The notes below the pieces were generated by a model that was not told the DNA's origin, did no database searches, and saw only the letters and a list, made by a program, of their open reading frames with translations. Source: an uncultured Gammaproteobacteria bacterium (GTDB taxonomy: Bacteria; Patescibacteriota; Microgenomatia; Levybacterales; UBA12049). From it: a stretch of 64,000 bases of DNA. This document shows, one piece after another, positions 39,545-49,059 of the stretch. Position 1 is the first letter of the stretch. Each line of letters begins with the position of its first letter. The stretch lies in the NCBI GenBank assembly GCA_964515545.1, contig CAZERI010000001.1, positions 269,553 to 333,552 of the forward strand. The letters run 5' to 3'. The position numbers and the translations under genes are program-made.

Positions 39545-40525
39545 TTGATGAACACTTCAAGTCATCCAGAATACCAATACCTCAATTTACTTCAAGAAGT
39601 TTTAGACAAAGGCATTAAAAATGTCGATAGGGGAACAGGAGCTGTCTCGTATAGCCTTTTTGGCAAACAAATTCGATTTGATTTATCGAAAGGGTTTCCA
39701 CTTCTTACGACTAAAAAAGTCTATTGGAAAGGTGTCCTTCATGAGCTCTATTGGTTTATGAAGGGGGATTCTAACATTAAATACTTAGTTGATAATAATG
39801 TCCATATTTGGGATGACTATCCATACAAAATTTATAACGAACACAGAAAAACTGATAAAAAACTCCCAGAGCTTACCAAAGATGAATTCATTGAAAAAAT
39901 TCATACAGACTCAAAATTTGCAAAAAAGTGGGGAGAGCTGCGACATATTTATGGGGAGTCGTGGCGTCGTTGGCCGACAGGAACTGCTCGAACAATTGAT
40001 CAACTTGGTTGGGTGGTTAAAGAGCTGACAGAAGATCCAGATGCCAGAAATGCCATCGTTACCTCATGGGATCCTGAATACCTTTATACAATGGCTCTTA
40101 AGAAGGATGCCAATAGATTCCCAATTTGCCACAACATGTATCAAGTAAGTATCAAAGATGGTAAATTATACCTCCAGCTGTATCAGAGAAGTGCTGATCT
40201 TTTCTTGGGAGTACCATTTAATATAGCCAGTTATGCGCTTTTGACAATTATCCTTGCTCAGATTTTGAAGGTAAAGCCAGGGGAATTTGTCCATACTTTC
40301 GGCGATGCCCATATTTACGAAAATCATATAGAGCAGGTAAAAGAGCAGCTTAAAAGAAAACCTAAATCTCTTCCGTCAGTGACGATAGATAAAAAAGTGA
40401 CTAGTATTGATAATTTCCGACCTGAATACGTCACCCTCTCAAATTATGATCCTTATCCAACACTCAAAGGCGAATTGACTGTAGCTGGCGGATTGTACGA
40501 GAAAAAGAAGAAAGATAAAAAATAA
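39545..40525 (+). CDS. thyA: Thymidylate synthase (ThyA, folate-dependent)
   Basis: RFPICHNMYQ carries the catalytic Cys, and YQRSADLFLGVPFNIASYALLT is also present. Contains a small-domain insertion, 326 aa. Confidence 0.9.
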   Translation: MMNTSSHPEYQYLNLLQEVLDKGIKNVDRGTGAVSYSLFGKQIRFDLSKGFPLLTTKKVYWKGVLHELYWFMKGDSNIKYLVDNNVHIWDDYPYKIYNEHRKTDKKLPELTKDEFIEKIHTDSKFAKKWGELRHIYGESWRRWPTGTARTIDQLGWVVKELTEDPDARNAIVTSWDPEYLYTMALKKDANRFPICHNMYQVSIKDGKLYLQLYQRSADLFLGVPFNIASYALLTIILAQILKVKPGEFVHTFGDAHIYENHIEQVKEQLKRKPKSLPSVTIDKKVTSIDNFRPEYVTLSNYDPYPTLKGELTVAGGLYEKKKKDKK

Positions 40526-40547
40526 ATTAAAAATTTTAAATTAATTT

Positions 40548-41033
40548 ATGAATAAGCCTCGAATTAGTATCATTGTGGCTCTCTCGGATAACCATGTTAT
40601 AGGAAATCACGGACAAATCCCCTGGAATATTCCTGGTGAGCAAAAGCGGGTAAAAGAAATTACTACTCCACACCCTCTCATTATGGGGAGAAAAACACAT
40701 GAGTCGATTGGGAGGATCTTGCCGGGTCGTCTAAATATTATTGTGACATCAGATCTTGCCTATACTGCTGAAGATGGAGAAGTAGTTCATTCTCTTAAAG
40801 AAGGCATAGATTTAGCAACGGAAAAAGATAAGGAAGAAGTTTTCATCTTTGGTGGGGGTAAAATCTTTGCTGAGGCAATGCCTCTTGTTGATCGAATATA
40901 TCTGACGCTTGTTCATAAAACAGTCGAAGGCGATGCATTTTTCCCTGACTATTCAGAATTCACAAAAGTAATTGAAAAAGAAGAGCATGAGCATGAAGGG
41001 TTAAAATATACCTACCTAACGCTTGAGAGGTAA
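40548..41033 (+). CDS. folA: Dihydrofolate reductase
   Basis: ISIIVALSDNHVIGNHGQIPWNIPGEQKRVKEITT..IMGRKTHESIG and IFGGGKIF are classic DHFR motifs. Confidence 0.85.
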   Translation: MNKPRISIIVALSDNHVIGNHGQIPWNIPGEQKRVKEITTPHPLIMGRKTHESIGRILPGRLNIIVTSDLAYTAEDGEVVHSLKEGIDLATEKDKEEVFIFGGGKIFAEAMPLVDRIYLTLVHKTVEGDAFFPDYSEFTKVIEKEEHEHEGLKYTYLTLER

Positions 41034-41034
41034 G

Positions 41035-41394
41035 TCAGTCAAATGTGACAGAAGTATTTAGCCTCTCTTTAAGAAGCTCTCCCACTATTCTTCTATGACA
41101 TGTATCAGATGTCTCTTCCCAACAAAGAAGTGTTATATTGGAGAATTTTAATAAATGCTCAATCAATGAATAATATTTTTCTTTGGTTTTAGTCTCTTTG
41201 AGAAAGGCCTCTCTAAATTCTTCCCATGGTAGATTTTCTTCCTGATACTGAGAGAGAAGTTCGGTTGAAGGAGAGAGGTGAGGCAGCCAGAGATCAAACT
41301 CAAATTCTGGTTTTACTCTACGCATTATACAAATTCTCAAGCCGTCTTTTTCACTTGTTGGTTTTTGGACAGACTTCGTTGAGAGATGGTGCAT
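41035..41394 (-). CDS. DUF488 (YeaO-like) family protein
   Basis: Same length and motif order as YeaO: RV.D....DG.R..V.R.WP, STEL and HH..LV. Confidence 0.55.
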   Translation of the reverse strand: MHHLSTKSVQKPTSEKDGLRICIMRRVKPEFEFDLWLPHLSPSTELLSQYQEENLPWEEFREAFLKETKTKEKYYSLIEHLLKFSNITLLCWEETSDTCHRRIVGELLKERLNTSVTFD

Positions 41395-41395
41395 A

Positions 41396-42259
41396 TTATC
41401 TGAGAGTATGATCTACGACGCCATTAAGCCAGTCCCACGAGGCAAGCGATGAGTCAATTTCAGGTTGAACGGGCCGTAAAATATGAGGGGAAATACCAAC
41501 AGATACTGTATACATACCGTGTCTGAACGCTTCTTCAAAGTCAGAGGAATTTCTTTCTATGCCATCAACAGCCTCAACTGCATTAAGTGAGGTGAGTACG
41601 GGGAGAGACAAGCCACCTGAGAGGTCATCAACTTTTACTCCAGAGAGTCCGCCTTTTTTATAGACATCAGATGAATAGAATTTATTAAAAGCGTTTGTGT
41701 ATTCCTCGTAACCATCTGGCGTAGAAAATCTTTTAATTTGATCTGGATTGAGTTCTACTGTACAAGCATGAATATCTGCTAATCGTTCTTCATATTTACG
41801 CCCTCTGATATGCACTCCTGATCCGGATAGCACAGTATAGTAGGGAAGAACTCCTGATTCCAATCCAGCAGTGTACATTTCTTCAAAGGTTTTTCTTACT
41901 GTATCGGGTTGCTTAGGCTTACCCCTGCTATCAATATAAGTAAAATTCTCAGGATTTTTTGTGAGGATGTTGGTACGAGTATCAGCTGCTATGATTACTG
42001 CTTGTTGCTGGCGATTTCTGATAGACGGATTTTCTTTTAGCTGGCCTAAAATATTGTCAATCTTACCATGCATGATACTGACTACATCCGGAATGTCTGG
42101 CTCTTCACCGGCGGGAATAGAAGTAACTTCTGAGGTAGGAAAGGCATGCTTAATGAAGGCGAGCCTTCTATTACTAGTTCCTGCATAGACGACTAACTCA
42201 GGAGAAACTTTTTCTTTAGATTTTGTGACTTCTGATTGTCCAGGTCTTCTCTGTTCCAT
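41396..42259 (-). CDS. Hypothetical protein with an N-terminal Maf/Ham1-like segment
   Basis: LVVYAGTSNRRLAFIK...VIIAADTRT resembles the Maf nucleotide pyrophosphatase N-terminus. The C-terminal 150 aa are unassigned. Low certainty. Confidence 0.35.
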   Translation of the reverse strand: MEQRRPGQSEVTKSKEKVSPELVVYAGTSNRRLAFIKHAFPTSEVTSIPAGEEPDIPDVVSIMHGKIDNILGQLKENPSIRNRQQQAVIIAADTRTNILTKNPENFTYIDSRGKPKQPDTVRKTFEEMYTAGLESGVLPYYTVLSGSGVHIRGRKYEERLADIHACTVELNPDQIKRFSTPDGYEEYTNAFNKFYSSDVYKKGGLSGVKVDDLSGGLSLPVLTSLNAVEAVDGIERNSSDFEEAFRHGMYTVSVGISPHILRPVQPEIDSSLASWDWLNGVVDHTLR

Positions 42260-42400
42260 AGTATATTCTATGACAAGATTAAATCTTATAGTCTATTCCA
42301 TTATATAAACGAAATTATAAGCATGTCAATAACTATATTGACCTATTTTGCTATCTTGTCAGTCCAAATGAGTCGCTGTATACTGAACAGAATTCAGCCG

Positions 42401-43744
42401 ATGAAACAACTAAAAGTAACAGACCCACAAATTTTTAACCTCATAAAGCAGGAAGAAAAACGTCAAAAAGACGTTTTGGAAATGATCGCCTCAGAGAACT
42501 ATGCTTCAAGCGCTATTATCGAAGCTCTCGGGAGTGTACTCACCAATAAATATTCAGAAGGATTCCCAGGGAAAAGATATTATCAGGGAAATGCTGTTGT
42601 AGATGAGGTCGAATCCCTGGCCCAGGAAAGAGCGCAAAAATTATTTGGCGTGCCATATGTCAATGTCCAGGCGTTATCAGGAGCGCCTGCTAACTCAGCA
42701 GTCTATTTTGCACTACTAAAAGATGGGGAAAAACTCATGGGACTTTCCCTCACATCGGGCGGACATATTACTCATGGTCATCCGCTTGGTCTTTCCGGAC
42801 GGTTGTTTAAATTCGCGCATTATACTTTGGGAAAAGACGGAACACTTGACTATGATGAGATCGAGAAACAGGTCTTAAAAGAAAAACCACAGCTTCTCAT
42901 TTGTGGCTTCACTGCTTATCCTCGCATTATTGATTTTAAACGTTTTGCCAAAATAGCTGATAAAGTTGGCTGCTACCTCATGGCTGATGTCAGCCATATA
43001 ACAGGCCTAATAGTAGCAGGAGTCCATCCTTCCCCTGTCCCTTATGTCCATATCGTAACTACGACGACTCACAAGACTCTGCGAGGCCCACGGGGAGCAC
43101 TCATCATGGTGACTCCTAAAGGGCTTAAGAAAAATCCTGATCTTCCTAAAAATATTGAGACGGCAATTATTCCAGGTCTCCAAGGAGGTCCGCATGATAA
43201 TCAGACTGCGGGTATTGCAGTGGCGCTAAAGGAAGCCAGCACGGCAAAATTCAAGAAATACGGAGAGCAGATAGTCCTCAATGCTAAAGCGCTTTCGGAA
43301 GGCTTAAAAAGTCATGGCTTTGATCTCGTCAGTGGCGGGACGGACAATCATCTTATCCTCATTGACCTTCGCAATAAAAAAGTAAATGGGAGAGTAGCAG
43401 CAATTGCACTGGAGAAGGCCAATATCGTCCTCAATTATAACGGCGTTCCTGGAGATACCATGCCTCCTCTTTACTCATCGGGGATTAGACTCGGTACACC
43501 TGCTATTACCACAAGGGGATTAAAGGAAAAAGATATGAAGAAAGTTGCCAAATGGTATAACGACGCTATTGAAGAAGTGAAAGGGATGGAGCTGCCCTCA
43601 GATGATGGATTCGACAAGCTCACCATAAAGAAAAAACGATCAGAACTGATGAAGAAATATCGAGCCGAAATTAATAAAAATAAAAGACTGGCAGCTATCG
43701 GCAAAGAAGTAAAAGCTTTCATTAGTAAATACCCTCTTCCATAG
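42401..43744 (+). CDS. glyA: Serine hydroxymethyltransferase
   Basis: Motifs IASENYASSAIIEALGSVLTNKYSEG, SGGHITHGHP and the TTTHKTLRGPRG PLP-Lys motif. Start placed at MKQLKV (42401) rather than the extended ORF start. Confidence 0.9.
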   Translation: MKQLKVTDPQIFNLIKQEEKRQKDVLEMIASENYASSAIIEALGSVLTNKYSEGFPGKRYYQGNAVVDEVESLAQERAQKLFGVPYVNVQALSGAPANSAVYFALLKDGEKLMGLSLTSGGHITHGHPLGLSGRLFKFAHYTLGKDGTLDYDEIEKQVLKEKPQLLICGFTAYPRIIDFKRFAKIADKVGCYLMADVSHITGLIVAGVHPSPVPYVHIVTTTTHKTLRGPRGALIMVTPKGLKKNPDLPKNIETAIIPGLQGGPHDNQTAGIAVALKEASTAKFKKYGEQIVLNAKALSEGLKSHGFDLVSGGTDNHLILIDLRNKKVNGRVAAIALEKANIVLNYNGVPGDTMPPLYSSGIRLGTPAITTRGLKEKDMKKVAKWYNDAIEEVKGMELPSDDGFDKLTIKKKRSELMKKYRAEINKNKRLAAIGKEVKAFISKYPLP

Positions 43745-43779
43745 TTGAGCTTACAAAATAAAATTGTTATACTCCTCTC

Positions 43780-44706
43780 GTGCCACATAAAGAAAGTAGA
43801 TTAGGCCAATACGGAGGAAGATTTGAGCCAGCAAGCATTGATTTAATTAATGCTGTTTTAGCCGAAGATAGGCTTTCTCGAGAGAATTATAATGGTGTAC
43901 GTTTATACCTAGACACTCCCACTCCAGCCATTCCAACAGCTGCCGAGCTTCTTAGCCAGATTGATCATGAAGCTCTTGATCCTATACAGCAGCTCCTTGC
44001 CCAAGCACTGGAGACGCAAGCATCAGTTCCTCTTAGGAAGGATGAACAAGATATAGCATCTTCTGTTACTACGCATGAGGCCGTAAGGAAGTACAAGAAT
44101 ACAGCTCGCTTCAGGCAAAGACAAAAAGTGCTTCAAGGCCTCAGGGCCGAAGGACTCTCTGCAGAAGGAGCACGATCAGATTTTGTGGGTGTTACTTTTG
44201 CTGATATTGCCCAGAGTTTGTACAGGCCGTCTCTAACAGAAGGCACATTGATTTCAGACGAGGCTACCTATTCATTTTTTTCGGAACTAATGGATGGGAA
44301 GATCCCTACAGAACATCCTTACGGAGTTAAATCGTTGCTAGGCGTAACAGTTCCTGATGGGATGGTAGTTGGAGTAGAGGATAACAAGCCATCACTTCTT
44401 AAATTTGTTGAATATTCAATAGCTTTTAAAGGAGAGAAGTACACAAGCCAGTTTGCAGCATATGAAAAAGACGCAAAGAGGTTAGTCTTTGAATCGCCTT
44501 CTTCTCTTAGCGCTGATTTTGGTGTGGATTTTGTCGTGCCTCGAAGGACATATGAGAGAGAATATCCAGCCCTAAGTGGTGATATCGGCGCGAGGTATCA
44601 TCATCTTGATCAGATCGATTCAGTTAGTTTTGGGCATGAAATTGATGCTATTTTGGCAGATCATTATAGAGCCTCTTTTCCACAACGCAGCCATTCACGG
44701 CGCTAA
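43780..44706 (+). CDS. Hypothetical protein (308 aa)
   Basis: ORF with somewhat higher GC than neighbours and no recognisable motif. Confidence 0.4.
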   Translation: MPHKESRLGQYGGRFEPASIDLINAVLAEDRLSRENYNGVRLYLDTPTPAIPTAAELLSQIDHEALDPIQQLLAQALETQASVPLRKDEQDIASSVTTHEAVRKYKNTARFRQRQKVLQGLRAEGLSAEGARSDFVGVTFADIAQSLYRPSLTEGTLISDEATYSFFSELMDGKIPTEHPYGVKSLLGVTVPDGMVVGVEDNKPSLLKFVEYSIAFKGEKYTSQFAAYEKDAKRLVFESPSSLSADFGVDFVVPRRTYEREYPALSGDIGARYHHLDQIDSVSFGHEIDAILADHYRASFPQRSHSRR

Positions 44707-44710
44707 TTGT

Positions 44711-47494
44711 CTATGGGGCGACTTCCTGGAAGATGAAGTTAGCTCCTCGGAGTAAATCTGGAGCATTAAGAATAAAGTCTGGTCGCTCCTTTATGCTGAT
44801 AGAAGGATAATTAATATTGTTAGTACATAAGTCCCTCTGGTTGTCAAAATTCCCGCCATTTTGTCCTGCATTGACTACTACTGCACCTTCAATCGAAAGC
44901 TGCCGGTCCGAAACATTGTTTGGACAGTCGGAAGCTCCATCGATAATAAAGCTTCTATCAGCACTAAAGAAGGCTTGGAGATTTCCCGTTCTTATAGCTG
45001 GAGCCGGACATGCAGGAGTCGTCGTTCCTACACCGCTTGCTACATGAATATCTCCTGATACGATAAAGGTAATTGTTGAGCCATTTGGAGTTGTGATATT
45101 GCCATTAAGCGTAAGATTACCATTTACAAGGATGACGTAATTGCCTGCTGCAGGCACATTAAAGGTATTAAGGGTAAGATTTCCATTTGCGATATAGACA
45201 CCATGCGCAAGGTTGCCAGGCAGCGTGCAGTTATTGAGCTGTGGACATGGAGGAGTAGCTCCGCTTGAAAGACTGGTAGGTGTGATATTGGACTGTGAGA
45301 GTACTGTCTGCATATAGCCATAGGACGTCTTAAGCAGATTGGTTCCAAAGCGCTCGTTATAACTAGAATTACCTACCACCCATCCAGCTGTTGAGGAATC
45401 TCCTCTCCAGAAGTAAGGGTTCACACTGCCTGAGAATATTACTCCTGGAGTAGTAGAGCTGCTAGGAAGTGATGCATACGGCCCCTGGCAGGCAGCGTTA
45501 GGTGCTGGCGGGATAGGGTTATTGAGCCCGCTATCAAATCTGACATCAAGTCCATATGCCTGCCACCATGGTTCTCCGCCTTTGATAGCGAAATTAAGAT
45601 TAAGCATACTCCCCGCGTTGCAGGTAGCATCCGGTGCAGCCGGAGTAGCAGTACAGTTAGCTCCTCCAATACCAACGACTGCGTTATAAGAAGGAGGCGG
45701 GCCATTGCGGGGGTTATTGATGACATAGCCTAGAGGCAGTCCATTGTAGCGGACAGTATATTGTCCATTAATCAGACCAGTGATGAGATATGTTCCATCC
45801 ACATTATTAGCAATGATAGGAGTTGGAGCATTACCGGGTAGATTACTGACTGTTATAGCAGGACTTCCGCCATAGTTATTCTCTCCAGCATCAAATCGAT
45901 TATTGTCATTAGGATCTACAAAGACTTTCCCCGCAATAGTGTATTTAGGGAAGTATTGGATATCCTGTCCAGTTAAGTCAGCCCGAGAGGTAAAATTGGA
46001 TGAAAGAGGATAGGTATTCAGAGCATTATAGTCATTAGTACTAACATTGGTAGTAATTGAATAGGTTCCTGGCTCAAGCGCAGGTGAGGTGTATTGTCCG
46101 TTGGCGTTAGTTACCGCTGTTCCCGAGTCAGTAGGTCCTGTAAAGGTAACAGTGACTCCCGCGAGTGCCATATCGACTCCTGTGTTATAGCTGCTATTTT
46201 TATTCATATCCGCATAGATTCTGCCTTGGATTGAATAACCGACAGAGTAGATAGTCGTTGCCTGACTATTGCCTCTATTCACATCAACGACATTATTGTC
46301 ATAATTTACGAAGACTCTGGCTGTGTATGTTCCTTTGGTAGACACATCCCAGGCAAGATCCCGATTATATCTATCGCATCTATTTCCAGGACTTGGGCGA
46401 CAATAATACTGATATTGGCTTCCTATTCCAAATTCTCCTGTCATCATGGAGACGTTGGTATCTCCGACTGTCCCAGTGGCGACAGCTGTTGGCTCGTCTA
46501 TATAGAACCAGTTATAGGTATGCTGGTCGTTTGGATCTCGCGAAATTGCCTGGGCTGTCCCTGTATTAGCAATCGTTACTTTCGGGAAAATATTTTCTCC
46601 AATACCAAAGGCTGTATGGACAGTCCCTGAGCCATCAGTCAGTTGAAAACTAGGGATGGTTAAGTCAGGGTTACCCACGACATAGCGGAAGGTAGCTTGA
46701 TTGTTGTTGAAATTAGTTGGCTCGTTAGGATATTGGTTGAGGGCATCAACGAAAATTCGAGCGTATTGGGGTAGACCGTCTCCAGCAGCCTGGGAATAGG
46801 AGTTAGGACCCAAAAAGTCAGTATTATTAGTCGCACCAGCTCGTGAATCGAAAGTAAGCGTTGCACCTGAGGTGAAGTCAGTACGGACATGACGAATATA
46901 AGTTGCTGTATAGTCAGCCTGGGCAGTGGTAAAAGCCGTGGATTGATCCTGATAGAGGTTAGAATAGACATTGGTTCCATAGGAAGAGCTCGGAGATAGA
47001 TCTCCGATATTTCTGATCTGCGCGTACCAAAAGATCTCCTCATTAGGGTCAAAGTTATATGATTTATTGCCAGCTGCATCTTTAAGATAAAAATTAGTAG
47101 GAGTAAAGTCAGCAGGTGTGGGATATGGGTAAGGATAAGGATAAGGGTAGGGGTATGGGTAAGGATAGCCATAGGGTGTTCCATACGGCGTACCATAGGG
47201 TGTTCCATAGCCTCCTCCAGGCGTACCATATGGAGTACCATATCCTCCGCCACCACAGCTAGGAGAATTAAAATAGCATGTGTTTTGGTAGTTGCCTTCA
47301 TGACTAAGATCTTCGGGGCACATGCATGCGCCAATAAGTCCTCCACCTTGCGAGGCAGGATAGTAGCAAGGGCCAGGTTGGATAGCTCCAATACAAGCAT
47401 ATGCCTTTATTACATAGGGAGTAATCAGAAGGAGAAAAAAAGTAATAACAAAAGATGATGCATATTTGGTTAAAAATTTACTGCTCATATGCAT
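44711..47494 (-). CDS. Large secreted adhesin-like protein: signal peptide, Cys-rich head, Gly/Tyr/Pro repeat, SdrD-B/Cna-B-like domains and an Asn/Thr-rich C-terminal region
   Basis: N-terminal signal (FVITFFLLLITPYVIKAYA). The repeat is (YGTP)n(YP)n. The B-type domains are GRIYADMN...GVTVTF...ANGQYTSP and GKVFVDPNDNNRFD...DGTYLITGL. 927 aa. Confidence 0.55.
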   Translation of the reverse strand: MHMSSKFLTKYASSFVITFFLLLITPYVIKAYACIGAIQPGPCYYPASQGGGLIGACMCPEDLSHEGNYQNTCYFNSPSCGGGGYGTPYGTPGGGYGTPYGTPYGTPYGYPYPYPYPYPYPYPYPTPADFTPTNFYLKDAAGNKSYNFDPNEEIFWYAQIRNIGDLSPSSSYGTNVYSNLYQDQSTAFTTAQADYTATYIRHVRTDFTSGATLTFDSRAGATNNTDFLGPNSYSQAAGDGLPQYARIFVDALNQYPNEPTNFNNNQATFRYVVGNPDLTIPSFQLTDGSGTVHTAFGIGENIFPKVTIANTGTAQAISRDPNDQHTYNWFYIDEPTAVATGTVGDTNVSMMTGEFGIGSQYQYYCRPSPGNRCDRYNRDLAWDVSTKGTYTARVFVNYDNNVVDVNRGNSQATTIYSVGYSIQGRIYADMNKNSSYNTGVDMALAGVTVTFTGPTDSGTAVTNANGQYTSPALEPGTYSITTNVSTNDYNALNTYPLSSNFTSRADLTGQDIQYFPKYTIAGKVFVDPNDNNRFDAGENNYGGSPAITVSNLPGNAPTPIIANNVDGTYLITGLINGQYTVRYNGLPLGYVINNPRNGPPPSYNAVVGIGGANCTATPAAPDATCNAGSMLNLNFAIKGGEPWWQAYGLDVRFDSGLNNPIPPAPNAACQGPYASLPSSSTTPGVIFSGSVNPYFWRGDSSTAGWVVGNSSYNERFGTNLLKTSYGYMQTVLSQSNITPTSLSSGATPPCPQLNNCTLPGNLAHGVYIANGNLTLNTFNVPAAGNYVILVNGNLTLNGNITTPNGSTITFIVSGDIHVASGVGTTTPACPAPAIRTGNLQAFFSADRSFIIDGASDCPNNVSDRQLSIEGAVVVNAGQNGGNFDNQRDLCTNNINYPSISIKERPDFILNAPDLLRGANFIFQEVAP
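47104..47262 (-). repeat. Coding tandem micro-repeat (GTPY/YP units: GTPYGTPGGGYGTPYGTPYGTPYGYPYPYPYPYPYPYPYP)
   Basis: Visible as ggatatgggtaaggataaggataagggtaggggtatgggtaaggatagccatagggtgttccatacgg on the plus strand. Confidence 0.8.
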
Positions 47495-48041
47495 TTAATT
47501 TAAAAGGAATGATTTTAGATTTAATAATTTGTTGATTATTATTCTTGATAATTTTTTCTTTTTGGGCAATATCCATACTTGGATATGCTACAAAAATTAT
47601 TTGGCGGATAAGCTCCTGAGTAAAAAGAATATTGAGGTCTCCTTTGAATCGTAAGGCATCTTTTTTATCAATTCCAACTCTTATTATTGCTGTAGATGTG
47701 GGCTTTATAGGCTCTTCAAATGTGATTTTAAAAGGAATTGTCCCAATCGGTGGAGGAGAATCAGGTATGTCCTCATCCTCGAGTGTAATTTTAAGATTAT
47801 TGATTGCTGAGAGATTTTTTATGCCTGTGAACTTTTTCTTTGATGTATTGTTGAGTATATGGGTAAATTCCTTTGTAGATTGATATCTAAGCTGGTATGA
47901 GGTAGATTTATTTTCAATTCTTATAGTATGTGATGGGAAAAACATAAAAAAAATAAGAGATATATTCCCAGCTAAAAGAAGTAAGAGGATAGAGATCAGG
48001 ATTTTGTTAGAGAGTAGTTTTTTCACAGCCGAAAGGTCCAC
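47478..48041 (-). CDS. Hypothetical membrane-anchored protein
   Basis: An N-terminal TM helix (ILISILLLLLAGNISLIFFMFF) and no motifs. Its last 17 nt overlap the start of the downstream 927-aa gene. Confidence 0.35.
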   Translation of the reverse strand: MDLSAVKKLLSNKILISILLLLLAGNISLIFFMFFPSHTIRIENKSTSYQLRYQSTKEFTHILNNTSKKKFTGIKNLSAINNLKITLEDEDIPDSPPPIGTIPFKITFEEPIKPTSTAIIRVGIDKKDALRFKGDLNILFTQELIRQIIFVAYPSMDIAQKEKIIKNNNQQIIKSKIIPFKLNAYEQ

Positions 48042-48124
48042 TCATAACAGAATGGCTTAGTTCTATTTTAGGATCATTTGGGAAGGGAAGTCAATTACAT
48101 ATTGAAGACTAATTCACTTCCACG

Positions 48125-48153
48125 AAAAACCCCGCCTTGTTGGGGGCGGGGCT
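48125..48153 (-). terminator. GC-rich rho-independent terminator (bidirectional hairpin) at the left edge of the high-GC island
   Basis: Minus strand reads GCCCCGCC-CCCAACAAG-GCGGGG followed by TTTTT. It lies just downstream of the stop of the minus-strand gene 48185-49003. Confidence 0.6.
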
Positions 48154-48184
48154 TTCGTCTCTGTCTCGCGTGAGCGAGGTTGAG

Positions 48185-49003
48185 TTACTTTGTGATGGTC
48201 AGCGTTGTGAAGACGCCGACCAGCGTTTCGGTTTCGGATTGTCCCCCGGAGGGGACGCCGGCGATGAGGTATGTCCCCTCATCCATGCCCATGAGGGCGA
48301 TGGTTTGGGATTGCCCAGCCGGTATCATGGCAACAGTGAGCGGGTCGTTGACCGCGTCCCGTCCCGTGATAGTCGCCGTCAGAGCGTCAGGAGTCGTGCC
48401 ATCGGGAACGCGCAGAAGTACCACGCGATGTGTGATGGTGCCCGTGTTGGTAAGTGTGACCAAGACGACGTCGTGTTCGACGAGTGGCTTGCGCCGTGTC
48501 GAGATTGAGTCATCACTCATTTTGATGGTTAGCTTGGTCGACGTAAGTCCGTCAGGGACGGTCAGGTCGTCCAGTATGGTGATGCCGTTGATCATCGACG
48601 TATCTGAAGTCAGTGCGAATGCCGTGTTGGTGAACGAATATTTTCCCCAAAAGCCTTTGAGGGCTACGGGGACAACAACATTGCCGTATTGGTCGATGGT
48701 GATGTCCTCGGTTTGGAGAATCTTACCGCCGACGGCGTAAAATGCCTCTTCTAGGCCGTAAAAGACCTGCTGCTGCAGGTCTGGCGTGAGCATTTCCCAC
48801 GCACGATGCCGGACATCCGGCTTGGATGAGCCAGCTCGTTTCAGGAACAAGGTCAGTGTTGAGGTCGCCTGCGAGGCGACCTCAGCAGGGGCGAGATTCG
48901 TTGCCGGTGATCCTGCATCCATAGCGCGAGCCACAGAAAACGACGACACGAACGAAAGTGAAAATGCGATGGCCACGACAGTGGCCACGATCCGACGGAA
49001 CAT
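48185..49003 (-). CDS. Hypothetical secreted protein encoded in the high-GC island
   Basis: Start at MFRRIVATVVAIAFSLSFVSSFSVARA (a Sec signal) is preceded by AGGAGA 8 nt upstream. GC3-rich codon usage is unlike the rest of the window. The extended ORF start at 49108 was rejected. Confidence 0.5.
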   Translation of the reverse strand: MFRRIVATVVAIAFSLSFVSSFSVARAMDAGSPATNLAPAEVASQATSTLTLFLKRAGSSKPDVRHRAWEMLTPDLQQQVFYGLEEAFYAVGGKILQTEDITIDQYGNVVVPVALKGFWGKYSFTNTAFALTSDTSMINGITILDDLTVPDGLTSTKLTIKMSDDSISTRRKPLVEHDVVLVTLTNTGTITHRVVLLRVPDGTTPDALTATITGRDAVNDPLTVAMIPAGQSQTIALMGMDEGTYLIAGVPSGGQSETETLVGVFTTLTITK

Positions 49004-49059
49004 TATGTTTTCTCCTTTGCCCGTCTTTCCGGGCTGTCGTACTGAACAAAATTGTTCAA

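Noticed and set aside
48137-48740. Plus-strand ORFs 48137-48508 and 48180-48740, and the alternative minus frame 49606-49860, in the high-GC island
   Set aside because: High-GC DNA yields long spurious ORFs in all frames. These have Ser/Val/Arg/Cys-rich nonsense-like translations. The chosen minus-strand genes instead have signal peptides, an SD sequence and downstream terminators.
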